From: an uncultured delta proteobacterium
GTDB taxonomy: Bacteria; Myxococcota; Kuafuiibacteriia; Kuafuiibacteriales; Kuafuiibacteriaceae
Length of the DNA: 64,000 nucleotides
Assembly: GCA_963803435.1 (NCBI GenBank)
Contig: CAWDML010000003.1
Location: forward strand, 64,001-128,000
Reading direction: 5' to 3'
The notes under the pieces were generated by a model. The model was not told the DNA's origin. It did no database searches and saw only the letters and a program-made list of their open reading frames with translations. Shown here piece after piece: positions 29,151 through 39,771 of this stretch. The position numbers and the translations under genes were made by a program. Position 1 is the first letter of the stretch. Each line of letters begins with the position of its first letter.

Positions 29151-32056
29151 ACCGCCGGATCCTGATCGTCGAGGACAATCCGATCTCGAGGAAGATGCTC
29201 CGCGTGGTGCTGGAGCTCGACGGCTTCGTCGTCGACGAGGCGCCCGACGCTCGGACAGCGCTCCGGCTGATGGAGGAGCTCCAGCCGGACTTGGTCGTCC
29301 AGGATCTCATCCTGCCCGACATGGACGGCATCGAGTTGACCCGCCGACTGCGCGCGCTCTCGGGCGACCGCGACGTTCCCATCGTCGCGCTGTCCGGTTT
29401 CTCGATCCGGATGCAGGAAGCGGTGGCCAGCGAGTCGGCATTCAGCGCCTTTCTCATGAAGCCGGCCGACCCGGACCACCTCCTCGAGGTGATCCGGACG
29501 CAGCTCCCGAAGCAGCTCCTGGACGCGGATCTAGGGGCTGGGAGGTCGGTGCTGTTGGTCGATGACGATCTGACGCTCCTCAAGCTCGGACGTCTTCACC
29601 TGGAGTCGTACGGCTTTCGAGTGTTCGTGGCCGCCGGCGGAGAGGCGGCCCTCGAGGTGGCGCGGCGCGAGCGACCCGACGCGGTGGTCAGCGACATCTT
29701 GATGCGCGGTATGGACGGCTTCCAGCTCTGCATGGCCATACGCGCCGACCCGCAGCTCGGCCATCTGCCGGTGTTCTTGATCTCCTCGCAGTACGGAGAG
29801 CCGGAGGATCGCGTGCTGGCGACCCGCGTGGGCGCCGACGCGCTCTTCGGGCGCAGCCCCGACTATCGGGAGGTCGCCGAGGCCGTGGTGCGCGGGCTCG
29901 AGCGCGGTCCGACCGGATCCCGGGCCAGCGGCGATCTCGAGGCGGCGCGACGCGAGCACGGCGATGCCGTCATCCGCCAGCTGGATCGGCAGGTCGAGCT
30001 GAACACCAGCCTCGCGCAGCGCTGCTCGATCCAGGCAGCGCAGCTCTCGCTTCTCGGCGGCATCGCGGACGCGCTCACTCGCAAGAGTCAGGTGCGGCTG
30101 GTCCTCGGCGATGTCCTCGCCGCCTGTCTCGACGCCGCCGGCATCTCTCGAGGTGTGCTGTATCTGGTGGAGCCGGGCGGATCGCTCCTCGCCCACAGCT
30201 CGATCGGATACGGTCACAGCGAGAGCGACGCGGTGTCGACGTTCTTCGAACATCGGGAGCTCCTCGATCGTTCGATGCGCGAGCAGATCCCGATCACGGT
30301 GCCCTCGGAGGGGGTCGAACCGGAGGTGGCCCGCCGATTCCTCGACCGTGCGGGCATCTCCACGGCGCACATCGTCCCGCTGGTGCACGGGAACGAATCG
30401 TTGGGCGCTCTGCTGCTCGGCTCCGGCATCAGCGACCTGACGAGCGAGGACCCGGTGGCCTTCGCCCGCGCCATCGGCTTCCACGTGGTGAAGTCGCTCA
30501 AGCTCGCGGACGCCTTCGATCGCCTGGCGGCCTCGGAGGCACGCTATCGAAGCGTCGTCGATCACGCGACCTGCGGCGTTTTCTCTCTCCAGCGGAACGG
30601 AACCATCGAAGAGGCCAACCGGCTCGGCGCCGAGATCCTGGGCGTCTCCCGCGACGCATTGATCGGACGGAGCTTCCTCGACTTCCTGAGCCCGAGCGAC
30701 CGCAACTACGCAGCGGTTCGCTTCCTGCGCCGGGTGGGCCAGGGCGCCGAGCTGTTCACCGAGATCACGATCGAGCGGCCGGACGGCCGCCGGGTGGTGG
30801 CCGAATTCTCACCGGCGCTGGTCGAGGCCGGCGGCCAGCATTTCGTGATCGCGGTGGCGACCGACGTCACCGAGCGGAACAGCCTCCGCGAGCAGGCTGT
30901 GCTCAACGACAAGCTGGCGACCGTCGGCACGCTCGCCGCCGGCGTCGCGCACGAGATCAACAATCCGATCGCGTTCGTCCTGGCGAACCTCACCTTTCTC
31001 CAGGAGGAGATCGACCGGGTGAAGGCCTCTGCGGAGGGCGGGGTGCCGCCCGAGCTCGACGCCTTCCTCGATCAAGCCCGGGAGATCGTCCGAGAGTCCC
31101 TTGGGGGCACTGAGCGGGTACGCGATATCGTGAGGGGGATGAAGGGATTCGCGCGCGTCGACGATTCGGAGGTGGCGTCCGTGGACGTGAACCAGATCCT
31201 CGATGCTGCCGCGAACATGGTGTCGCACGAGATCCGCTATCGCGCACGGCTGGAGAAGGACTACCAGGAGCTACCCAGGCTGGTGGGGAGCCCGGGCAAG
31301 CTCACGCAGGTCTTCGTGAACCTGATCGTGAACGCAGCCCACGCCATCCGCCCCGGCTCGACGGAGGAGAACACCGTCCGGGTGCGGACGAGCCGCGACG
31401 ACGAGCGGATTCGTGTCGAGGTCAGCGACACCGGCTCCGGGATCCCACCGGACGTCCTGCCCCGGATCTTCGACCCCTTCTTCACCACCAAGGGACCGGG
31501 CGTCGGGACCGGTCTGGGCCTCTCGATCTGCCACGAGATCGTGCGCAATCACGGAGGACACATTCGCGTCGACACGCAGCTCGGGCGGGGGAGCACGTTC
31601 TTCATCTGGTTGCCGCTGCAGAGCGGCTACGTGCTCCCGGACGAGATTGAGCCGGGCAGCTTCGACCTCGGTCCGCCCGCGCGGGTGCTGGTGGTGGACG
31701 ACGAGCCGTTCCTGCTGCGCGCCGTCTCTCGGATGCTGTCGTCCACGCACGACGTCACGGTCGCCGAGGGCGGCCGCGCCGCGCTCGAGATCCTGTCCTC
31801 GGGCGCCAGCTTCGAGCTCATGATCACGGATCTCATGATGCCGGACGTCAGCGGCATCGAGCTGTACCGGTTCGTGTCCGAGCAACACCCGGAGCTCGCA
31901 CGCCAGTGCCTGTTCATGACCGGCGGGGCCTTCGCCCAGGACGCGCAGGATTTCCTGAAGGAGACCGATCTTCCGCGGATCTCCAAGCCGTTCACGGCGG
32001 AGGAGCTCGCCGGGATGCTGGGGCGCGTCCGCGATCAGCGATCGCCGGCGAGGTGA
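29147..32056 (+). CDS. Hybrid kinase REC-REC-GAF-PAS-HisKA-HATPase-REC
   Basis: Three receiver domains, [22 protein letters not shown]. Confidence 0.92.
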   Translation: MNRRILIVEDNPISRKMLRVVLELDGFVVDEAPDARTALRLMEELQPDLVVQDLILPDMDGIELTRRLRALSGDRDVPIVALSGFSIRMQEAVASESAFSAFLMKPADPDHLLEVIRTQLPKQLLDADLGAGRSVLLVDDDLTLLKLGRLHLESYGFRVFVAAGGEAALEVARRERPDAVVSDILMRGMDGFQLCMAIRADPQLGHLPVFLISSQYGEPEDRVLATRVGADALFGRSPDYREVAEAVVRGLERGPTGSRASGDLEAARREHGDAVIRQLDRQVELNTSLAQRCSIQAAQLSLLGGIADALTRKSQVRLVLGDVLAACLDAAGISRGVLYLVEPGGSLLAHSSIGYGHSESDAVSTFFEHRELLDRSMREQIPITVPSEGVEPEVARRFLDRAGISTAHIVPLVHGNESLGALLLGSGISDLTSEDPVAFARAIGFHVVKSLKLADAFDRLAASEARYRSVVDHATCGVFSLQRNGTIEEANRLGAEILGVSRDALIGRSFLDFLSPSDRNYAAVRFLRRVGQGAELFTEITIERPDGRRVVAEFSPALVEAGGQHFVIAVATDVTERNSLREQAVLNDKLATVGTLAAGVAHEINNPIAFVLANLTFLQEEIDRVKASAEGGVPPELDAFLDQAREIVRESLGGTERVRDIVRGMKGFARVDDSEVASVDVNQILDAAANMVSHEIRYRARLEKDYQELPRLVGSPGKLTQVFVNLIVNAAHAIRPGSTEENTVRVRTSRDDERIRVEVSDTGSGIPPDVLPRIFDPFFTTKGPGVGTGLGLSICHEIVRNHGGHIRVDTQLGRGSTFFIWLPLQSGYVLPDEIEPGSFDLGPPARVLVVDDEPFLLRAVSRMLSSTHDVTVAEGGRAALEILSSGASFELMITDLMMPDVSGIELYRFVSEQHPELARQCLFMTGGAFAQDAQDFLKETDLPRISKPFTAEELAGMLGRVRDQRSPAR

Positions 32057-32526
32057 GACTCGACGAACCAGAGCATCTTGTCGGCGTCACGCGAGATCTC
32101 GGTGAAGAGGTCGGCGGTGTCGGCGTCGCGGGCCTCGCTCGCGTGGTCGATCCCATCGCGGACCGACTTCGCGAACACCGAGAGGGCACGTCCGATCGCG
32201 TCGAGGTGGTCGCGCCCGGCGGTGATGTCGAGACCGTACGCCAGGAGCTTCGTTCGCTCGGACACCACGCTCAGCGTTCCTTCGGCCGTGCCGCCGAGCT
32301 GCACGATCCGCTCGGCGAGGTCGTCCACCCAGCCGCCCGCCTCCTCGTACAGCTTGTCGAAGAGCTCGTGGAGCTGGAGGAAGTGTGGGCCCTTCACGTT
32401 CCAGTGGGCCTGCTTGGCCTGGAGCGACAGATCGATGGCGCTCGCAAGATTTTCGTTCAGGAGCGCGACGCACCGCTCGCGTGTGGTCTCGGGGAGATCG
32501 TTCTTGGTGGGATGGAGCTTCTTCAT
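32035..32526 (-). CDS. dps: DNA protection during starvation protein Dps
   Basis: [43 protein letters not shown]. Confidence 0.95.
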   Translation of the reverse strand: MKKLHPTKNDLPETTRERCVALLNENLASAIDLSLQAKQAHWNVKGPHFLQLHELFDKLYEEAGGWVDDLAERIVQLGGTAEGTLSVVSERTKLLAYGLDITAGRDHLDAIGRALSVFAKSVRDGIDHASEARDADTADLFTEISRDADKMLWFVESHLAGDR

Positions 32527-32535
32527 GGCGGCCGG

Positions 32536-32564
32536 AAGATAGGTCCGGACCCTGGGTTCGACAA
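32536..32564 (-). promoter_or_regulatory. Putative sigma70-type promoter for dps (very short leader)
   Basis: Minus strand TTGTCG-17 nt-TATCTT, 9 nt before the ATG. Confidence 0.45.
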
Positions 32565-32779
32565 GGTTATCGTGACGACCGCGCAGGACGTGCCGTTTTC
32601 GAACGTCCGATTCCGGGCGGAGCGTATTGCGCTGTCGGAGACCGCCCGCCCCGTAGCACGGACCGACGGGGAAGTGCTAAGAGAAACGCGGCGTTCGGCT
32701 CGGGGCGCCCGGCGTTCGTGGAGATGGGAGCTGGATCCACCTCAAGCGACCGGAGACCTGGGCGATCTCCCGAGTAGGT

Positions 32780-34225
32780 ATGGTACGGAAGCGCAAGGGG
32801 GCCGAGCGCTCGGGTCAGGTCGTCCTGGTTGTCGACGACAATCCGGAGTTTCTCCAGTCAACCAAGCGCATCCTGGAGGTGGCCGGCCATCAGGCGCTGG
32901 TCGCGTCGAGCGGGCGCATCGCGCTGCATATCCTCCGCGACCGGCCGGTCGATCTGGTCCTGGTGGACTACCTGATGCCGGGCATGACCGGAGAAGAGAT
33001 GGTCCGCGAGCTCCGGCGGTTCAATCAGACGGTGCAAGTCGTCTTGCAGACCGGATATGCGGAGGAGAATCCGCCTCACGAGCTCCTGCGCAGGCTCGAC
33101 ATCCAGGGTTATCACGAGAAGAGCGATGGACCCGACAAGCTCCTGCTCTGGGTGGACATCGGCCTCAAGAGCGCGCGCACCATGAGGTACCTCGAGGAGC
33201 GCCGCCGCGCCCTGCGCTTCGTCCTCGACGCCACGCCCGCGATGCACCGCGCTCAGCCGGTCGACGAGCTCCTGCAAGTCATCTTGCAAAAGATGTGCGC
33301 ACTGGTCTTCGGCGCCGCCTCGTCCTCGGGTCCGGACGGCTTCCTGGCGGTGATGGAGGAGGGCACGCTCTCCGAGGTAGGCGCCGGCCTGGGGCGTTTC
33401 CTCGACGGCGACCCGGTCTCGTCGTCGATCGATCGGGACGTGCTCGACGATCTGCGGCGGTGCCTCGAGTCGCACAGCGTCATGGTCACGGGGGCGGGGC
33501 TGGCGGTGCCGCTCTTGGTGGACGAGCTGCCGCTGGGCGTCGTGTACCTGGAGCGGATCCCGCCGGAGGTGGACCTCGAGCTCCTCATGATGCTCGCGTA
33601 TCAGGGGGCCATCGCCATTCACAACGCCCAGCTCTACGAGATGGCGGCGCTCGACGTGCTCACGCGAGCGTACACGCGGCGGTTCTTCGAGCAGGCGTTC
33701 CAGCGCGAGCTGCGGAGCGCTCATCGTTCGCGGAGCCCGCTGACGCTCCTGATGGTCGACGTCGACGAGCTGAAGAAGATCAACGATCAGGGCGGGCACC
33801 TCGCCGGCGATCAGGCGCTGGTCGCGATCGGACGACTCCTGCGGAGCTCCACGCGCGCCGGTGACGTTGTCGGGCGTTACGGCGGCGACGAGTTCGCGGC
33901 GCTCCTGCCCAACACGGATCTCGTAGGCGCGCAGGTCGTCGTCGAGCGGATCCTTCACAACCTGTCCACGCTGACCGCCGGCGACGCACGGCCCTTCGCG
34001 GTCCGCGCGAGCATCGGCGTGGCGGTGCTCGCGCCGCCCGCGATCGGTCCGGCGGCTCGAATGTCCTCGGGATACTTCGATCAGGTCGCCGAACGGTTGA
34101 TCGCCCACGCGGACTCGTCGCTGTATCTGGCCAAGCGCTCGGGGCGCGCCTGCGCCGCCGACCCGATCACCTCGGGCTGGCCCGCCCTCGACGGCACGCT
34201 CGGTCAGTCCGTCCGGCCCGACTGA
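32780..34225 (+). CDS. REC-GAF-GGDEF diguanylate cyclase
   Basis: Receiver domain, DVDELKKIND, RAGD I-site, RYGGDEF. Confidence 0.9.
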   Translation: MVRKRKGAERSGQVVLVVDDNPEFLQSTKRILEVAGHQALVASSGRIALHILRDRPVDLVLVDYLMPGMTGEEMVRELRRFNQTVQVVLQTGYAEENPPHELLRRLDIQGYHEKSDGPDKLLLWVDIGLKSARTMRYLEERRRALRFVLDATPAMHRAQPVDELLQVILQKMCALVFGAASSSGPDGFLAVMEEGTLSEVGAGLGRFLDGDPVSSSIDRDVLDDLRRCLESHSVMVTGAGLAVPLLVDELPLGVVYLERIPPEVDLELLMMLAYQGAIAIHNAQLYEMAALDVLTRAYTRRFFEQAFQRELRSAHRSRSPLTLLMVDVDELKKINDQGGHLAGDQALVAIGRLLRSSTRAGDVVGRYGGDEFAALLPNTDLVGAQVVVERILHNLSTLTAGDARPFAVRASIGVAVLAPPAIGPAARMSSGYFDQVAERLIAHADSSLYLAKRSGRACAADPITSGWPALDGTLGQSVRPD

Positions 34226-37200
34226 TCGTCCATCTCCGCGATCAATCGGCGCACCAGGACGTCGGTGGGGCCCGGATCCCAGTCCGCCGACTTCTGGAGG
34301 ATCCGGACACCGATGCGACCGAGGAACTCGAGCGCCGGCTCGGCGCCCAGCATGCAGAAGACCGCCTCCGCCGCCAGCTTCTCGCGCGCTCCGCCCTTTC
34401 GCTCGATCACCATCGCCACCTCGGTGATCTCGACAGGGTTGGTCTCGAGCAGGACCTCGAGCTTCCCTTCGGCCTGATACCGATCGAGCTTCTCCCGAGT
34501 CTCGGGTCGACCGCGCTTGAGCGCCGCGCCGCGGTAGAGGAGGCGGACCTTGCCCTTCCGGCCCTGCTGGGCCTCCGACAGCATCAGCGCGACCTCCATC
34601 GCGCTGTCGCCGCCGCCGACGACCACGCAAGCGGCATCGGCGAGGTCCTCGGCGTCCTGCAGCGCGAACCGGACGTGAGAGAGATCGGCGCCGGGTACGT
34701 CGAGGCGGCGGGGTGATCCGCGGGAGCCGGTGGCGACGACGACCTTGAGCGACCGATACTCGGCCGAGTCGGTGACCACGAGGAAGCCGGTGTCGTCCCG
34801 TTCGATGGCTTCGACGCGGGCGTGATAGCGGATCTCGATCTCGTCGGCGCGGATCAGCTCTCCCCAGGCCTCGAGGAGCTCTTCCTTGGGGGCGGTGCGG
34901 ACCGGCAGGTGACCGAGGTTGTCCACGTCGACCGGCTCTGCGTGCACCTGCTTGCCCTTCGCGTAGTCGCGCCGATGGGTGGTCGCGTAGGACGCGTCGC
35001 GTTCGAGCACCAGCACCGCCAGGCCGCGGCGCTTGGCGGAGACTGCTGCTGACAGGCCCCCAGGACCGGAGCCGAGCACCAGCAGCTCGTACCGGTAGCC
35101 TGCGCGGCTCGCGTCGCCGGGCTTCAGCGCGCCGGCGGTCATGTGATTGACGACGTGGAGCCCGAGGTTGTTGGCGTTCTTCACCAGCGGCTTTCCGGCG
35201 GCCTCGCCGATCACGTACAGACCGGGCACGTTGCTCTCGTAGTTCGGATCCAGATCCGGAAGGTTCTGGGCGACGGTCGCCTCGCCGGCAGGCACCACGG
35301 AGAGCGCCTTCACTCCGCAGGACTCCTCGCAGGCGCGGCAGGCCTTGCAGGCGTCGATGCGGACCGCCTTGGGCAGGAGCTTTCCACCGTGCTCGGGGAG
35401 CGGAACCATCTCGAGCACGTCGAACGGGCACGCCTTCACGCAGGCACCGATGGGGACGCACTTGCCGTAGTTGATCCGGACCTCGTACTTCCCGCCTGGC
35501 GGAGCGCTCTCTTCCTTCTCCTTCGCGGCCGCTTCCGACGCACGCACACGGCGCCGCTCGGCGGCGGCGTGTCCGACCATCCCCGAGATTGCGAGGAACA
35601 TCAGCGCCACGACTCCGAGCCCCGCCTGCGCGAGCGGGCGGACGGGCGCGTCCTCCTTGGCGAGCACGGGTGCCTTGGCCCACTCGTCCCCGTGCTCGCG
35701 GTGACAGCGCGCGCAGGGCGCGGACGCGAGCGCCGCTTTCCCCGGGTGGCAGGCGAAGCAGCTCCGGTACGGCTCCTCGAGCGCCTCCTTGTCCGTGCGC
35801 TCGTGGCAAGCGGCGCAGCCTCGTGCGACCGCGCCGTGCCGGCGATGGAGCGCGCGGGAGCGGCGAACGGGATCGAAGTCGAGGTCGGCCAGGAGCGCCG
35901 GGATCGCGGTCCCGGTCGCATTCGCCGAGCGGCTCCCCGGCGTCTCGGTGACCGGCGCGAAGCGAACGTGGCGATCCGGGTGGCAGGCGGCGCAGCGCGC
36001 GCTGGACACGAGCGCCAGGCGGTCGTCGGCGCGGTGCTCCACGTGGCAGCGCGTGCACTCGCTGAAGTCGTGGAGCGGTCGCGGTGTCTGACTCGGATGA
36101 CAGACGGCGCAGCGGGCCTGGTCGGGGCGGGCGAAGCCGCCGTGGCAGGCTCCACAGCGGTCCTTCGTCCCGTCGATGGAAGCGTGGGCGCTCGAGATGG
36201 GCTGCTCGAGGAGCCGGCGTCCTCCGCCCTGGATCGTGAACCCGCCGAGGAGCACGACGCCGGCGAGCGACGCGCCGATCACGATTGGGAGCCGTCGGCT
36301 CTTCTTCACGTCCCAGAGCGGTCGCCATCGGGGCGGACCGCCGCGACGGTCCTTCTCCGGCGCAGTCGGGGCGGCGCGCCGATATACCGTCTGATAGGGA
36401 GAGACGCTGTCGATGTCGTTCGCGAAGCGGGGCATCTGCTCGTCGCGCGAGGCACGCGCGACATCGATGACGCAGTTGAAGCCTTCGAGATCGATCCGGA
36501 GCTCAAACGCGCCCACCCGCACCAGGTCGCCGTTGCGGAGCGGAGCTTCGACGGCGGCGCGGCCGTCGACGGTGACCTCGGCGCCGCCGATGCTGCGGAT
36601 CATGAACGCGCGACCCACGAAGTAGATCTCCGCGTGGCGGCGCGCGACCGCAGGGTCGTCGAGGAAGAGATCGGCGGTCGGATCGCAGCCGATCCGCACC
36701 CGCTGGGCCAGGTGGACCTCGCCGAAGAGGACGAAGCGCGGCTGGCGGAACGCCACCGTCTCGAAGGGATCGGCGTACTCGCTCACCGCCGAGTCGAGGT
36801 ACTCCAGGACGCTCGAGCCCAGCGAGATCACGTCTCCGTGATGGAGGCGGGCGCGGCTCTCGATCGCGACGGCGTTGACCCGAGCGCGTGGCTCGACGCC
36901 CTCGAGCGTGAGCAGCGAGTACTGTCCTTCGTTCCGGCTGATGATCACGTGGCGGAGCTCGAGCAGCGGATCGTGGAGCACGACCTCGCTCTCTTCGCCC
37001 CGGCCGAGGAGGAGCGGGCGATCGCCCAGGAGCACCAGCCGGTCGCGGTGCGGGCCGGCCAGGAACCGCAGCCGCGGCCGGTGCGCCGCCTGATGCGCGA
37101 AGAGGTCGTCCTCGGTCGGGCGATCGATCACCGCGTAGTCGGTGCGGTGGCGCCGGCGGGTGCCCACCTCGTCGATCGTGATCTCGATGCGGACGTCGCC

Positions 37201-37473
37201 GATCCAGATGGTGTCTCCGCTGCGGAGCCGTCGCGGGTGCTCGAGCGGCGGCTCGTCCGGTCCCCCGACCCGCGTGCCGTTACTGCTGCCCAGGTCCCGG
37301 ACTACGCAACCGGAGCCCTGCTGGTCTCGCCGCACCTCGCAGTGGCGGAGCGAGACCAATCCGCTCGAGAGCCTGATCTGGCAGTGTGGTCCGCGCCCGA
37401 TCACCACGCGCTCGTCGTTGAGGCTGAAGCGACGGCCCTGGTCCGGTCCTGTCTTGAGCTCGAAGTGGATCAT
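34204..37473 (-). CDS. 3xFHA-TM-heptaheme cytochrome c-TM-ferredoxin-TrxB-like FAD/NADPH oxidoreductase fusion
   Basis: FHA motifs, seven CxxCH between two TM helices, CVPIGACVKACP and CKACRACEESC, GSGPGG, GGGDSA..YRG. Confidence 0.88.
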   Translation of the reverse strand: MIHFELKTGPDQGRRFSLNDERVVIGRGPHCQIRLSSGLVSLRHCEVRRDQQGSGCVVRDLGSSNGTRVGGPDEPPLEHPRRLRSGDTIWIGDVRIEITIDEVGTRRRHRTDYAVIDRPTEDDLFAHQAAHRPRLRFLAGPHRDRLVLLGDRPLLLGRGEESEVVLHDPLLELRHVIISRNEGQYSLLTLEGVEPRARVNAVAIESRARLHHGDVISLGSSVLEYLDSAVSEYADPFETVAFRQPRFVLFGEVHLAQRVRIGCDPTADLFLDDPAVARRHAEIYFVGRAFMIRSIGGAEVTVDGRAAVEAPLRNGDLVRVGAFELRIDLEGFNCVIDVARASRDEQMPRFANDIDSVSPYQTVYRRAAPTAPEKDRRGGPPRWRPLWDVKKSRRLPIVIGASLAGVVLLGGFTIQGGGRRLLEQPISSAHASIDGTKDRCGACHGGFARPDQARCAVCHPSQTPRPLHDFSECTRCHVEHRADDRLALVSSARCAACHPDRHVRFAPVTETPGSRSANATGTAIPALLADLDFDPVRRSRALHRRHGAVARGCAACHERTDKEALEEPYRSCFACHPGKAALASAPCARCHREHGDEWAKAPVLAKEDAPVRPLAQAGLGVVALMFLAISGMVGHAAAERRRVRASEAAAKEKEESAPPGGKYEVRINYGKCVPIGACVKACPFDVLEMVPLPEHGGKLLPKAVRIDACKACRACEESCGVKALSVVPAGEATVAQNLPDLDPNYESNVPGLYVIGEAAGKPLVKNANNLGLHVVNHMTAGALKPGDASRAGYRYELLVLGSGPGGLSAAVSAKRRGLAVLVLERDASYATTHRRDYAKGKQVHAEPVDVDNLGHLPVRTAPKEELLEAWGELIRADEIEIRYHARVEAIERDDTGFLVVTDSAEYRSLKVVVATGSRGSPRRLDVPGADLSHVRFALQDAEDLADAACVVVGGGDSAMEVALMLSEAQQGRKGKVRLLYRGAALKRGRPETREKLDRYQAEGKLEVLLETNPVEITEVAMVIERKGGAREKLAAEAVFCMLGAEPALEFLGRIGVRILQKSADWDPGPTDVLVRRLIAEMDDQSGRTD

Positions 37474-37476
37474 GGC

Positions 37477-39771
37477 TCAGAACGCTCGATAGTAGAGGAC
37501 CGAGGCTGCGTGGAGCAGCGCGAGGATCACCAGGGGGACGGACGCGGCGATGTGCAGTACCAGCCAGCCACGCCTCAGCTGATAGAGCAGGAGCGAGGCC
37601 GCGATCTCGCGATCGCGCACGCGGGCGAGCACCAGCTGCTCGAGCGAGAGGCGCGCCTCGTCCGGGACGTCCCGTCCTGCCAGCGCACCCACCGCGCGAT
37701 CGCGGGCCAGTCGCTCCTGGTAGCCGGAGGAGAGTCGGGACCGGAGGCTCCCGGCTGCGACCTCGATCGCCGGGGCGAGCTTCGCCAGTGCGGAGTGCTC
37801 GGCCTGGAGCTGTTCCACCTGTGTCGAGAGCTTTCGCCGCTCCTCGTGAAGATCCTCCTCGAGCTGGGACGGTCCTTCGAGGCGGGTGATGGCGGACGGC
37901 AGCCACCGCTGGAACGCGACGCCAAAGACCCCGAGCACGAACACCAGCGTGACCAGGAGGAAGAGCGAGGAGGTCAGGAACGCGCCCGGATGGAGATCGG
38001 CGTGGAGCATCACGGCGACGAATGCGATCGCACCGATCCAGGTATGGGCTCGCGCCCAGATCTTGAACGGCCCCAGCTGCGCTCGCACGTGCGCGATGCG
38101 GCGGCGCAGCGGGAGGAGCATCGCCGCCAGCATCGCCAGCAGGGCGGCGCCTCCGAGCGCCAGCCCGTGCGGTGATCCGGGCCAATAGGGTCGCGGGGCC
38201 AGCGTGAAGGTCGCGATCAGCGCGGCCAGTATCAAGCCGCCGGCCGTCGGGACACCGCGGCGCCATGCGAGCTGGGCGGGCCGGGTCCGCGCGGTCTTGC
38301 CGCTGAGCGCCTCCTTGTCCTTGCCGCCCAGGAGCCCGCGGACCTCCGGGAAGAACTCGTTGGGCTCGAGCCGGATGATCGCGCCGGTCGGACAGTTGTG
38401 GACGCAGTTGGCCTCGTCGTACCCGACACACAGGTTGCACTTGCTCGCGATCAGCGGCCGCTCCTCCATGACCCCGTCGAACGCCACCATGCGACCCGGT
38501 GTCGGCGCCATGGTGATGTTGCCCCATGGGCACCGGATCGCACAGTTGCTGCAACCGATACAGAAGTCGTGGACGTCGACCTCGCCGGTGATCTTGCGGT
38601 GGATGGCACCGGTCGGGCAGCCGACCATGCACTCAGGATTCACGCAGTGCCGGCACGACGAGGTGAAGAGCAGCGTCTGATGCCGCTCCGGGTCGTTGGG
38701 ATCGACGCGCCGGACCAGCTCCTTCCCCCGGCGGGTCATCCGCGCTCGACCGTGGCGGGCCTCGCAGGCGCGCGTGCAGTTGCCGCAGCGGATGCAGAGG
38801 TCGAGGTCGATCGTCAGGAGTGACTGGGCCTCCTGAGCACCGTCCTTCACGAAGTCGTCGAGGAAGGCCAGGATCGTCTCGGATCCGTCTCTCTCGGAGC
38901 CGACCACCACGTTGCGGAGTCGGCCTCTCCGCGAGATCTCGGTCTTCTTGAAGTGCTCGAGGAACTCGGGGCGATGCCGCTCGAGTGTCATGAAGTCCTC
39001 GCGGGGAACTTGGATCACCTCGCAGAAGTAGGCGGCCACCAGCCGCCCGGGGCGCGTGCTCTCGAACACGCCCGTGACGTCGCCGCTGTTGAAGTAGCCG
39101 AGGACCGAGATCTGCGCGCCGGCGGCACGCTCGAGCCGGAGCAGGCCCGACTTCACCAGGACCACCGTCGCCGCCGCAGCACCCTCCTCGAACACCGACG
39201 CGTCGCGCGGGTGGCGTTCGAGGCGGGCGCGCGCAAACATTCGCTCGCGCATGCGCTGATCGAGCCTGCCAAAGAGGCTGTGCTGGGCGGCGAACGTCCG
39301 GATGATGCGGATCTCTGACTCTCTCTTCAGGCGTTCGAGTACGCCGGCGCCGGGCGCGGCGCGATCGAGGGCCTCGAGGCGCGACTTCTCGATCTCGAGC
39401 AGCACGGACGGAAGCTCCGCGATCGCGCTGGTGGCGCGGCGCGCGTTGCCGAGGACGGCCGGCTCGCCCGCGACGTCACCCGGGTCGGTCATGCGATCGA
39501 GCACTGCCAGCTCGCCGGTCTCGGTGACACACTCGAGCCGCACCACCCCGCGGAGCAGGACGAAGAGGCTGTGCCCATACTCGCCCTGCTGCATGACGGG
39601 CCGGTGCGGCTCGACGCGCCGGACGAACGATCGCGCGGCCAGCTCTCGGAGCAATCGAGGCTCGACGCTCGCGAGGAAGGACACCTGCGCCAGCATCCCG
39701 CCGATCTCGGAGGAGGAGGGGACCGCGGCGCCCAGGATCGGCAGCCGGACCGTGGAGAGCCCGTCGCTCAC
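37477..39771 (-). CDS. 2xcNMP-binding, DmsB/NrfC-like 4x[4Fe-4S], cytochrome-b-like membrane protein
   Basis: QGEYGHSLFVLLRG..GE..RRATS cNMP fold. CIRCGNC, CRHC, CIGCSNC, KCNLC. Two H-x13-H TM pairs. GTG start at 39771 overlaps the kinase stop. Confidence 0.88.
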   Translation of the reverse strand: MSDGLSTVRLPILGAAVPSSSEIGGMLAQVSFLASVEPRLLRELAARSFVRRVEPHRPVMQQGEYGHSLFVLLRGVVRLECVTETGELAVLDRMTDPGDVAGEPAVLGNARRATSAIAELPSVLLEIEKSRLEALDRAAPGAGVLERLKRESEIRIIRTFAAQHSLFGRLDQRMRERMFARARLERHPRDASVFEEGAAAATVVLVKSGLLRLERAAGAQISVLGYFNSGDVTGVFESTRPGRLVAAYFCEVIQVPREDFMTLERHRPEFLEHFKKTEISRRGRLRNVVVGSERDGSETILAFLDDFVKDGAQEAQSLLTIDLDLCIRCGNCTRACEARHGRARMTRRGKELVRRVDPNDPERHQTLLFTSSCRHCVNPECMVGCPTGAIHRKITGEVDVHDFCIGCSNCAIRCPWGNITMAPTPGRMVAFDGVMEERPLIASKCNLCVGYDEANCVHNCPTGAIIRLEPNEFFPEVRGLLGGKDKEALSGKTARTRPAQLAWRRGVPTAGGLILAALIATFTLAPRPYWPGSPHGLALGGAALLAMLAAMLLPLRRRIAHVRAQLGPFKIWARAHTWIGAIAFVAVMLHADLHPGAFLTSSLFLLVTLVFVLGVFGVAFQRWLPSAITRLEGPSQLEEDLHEERRKLSTQVEQLQAEHSALAKLAPAIEVAAGSLRSRLSSGYQERLARDRAVGALAGRDVPDEARLSLEQLVLARVRDREIAASLLLYQLRRGWLVLHIAASVPLVILALLHAASVLYYRAF

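Noticed and set aside
32858-36328. 1156-aa minus-strand ORF (and the 35143-38175 plus-strand ORF)
   Set aside because: Arg/Pro/Gly-rich off-frame or antisense shadows of well-supported genes.
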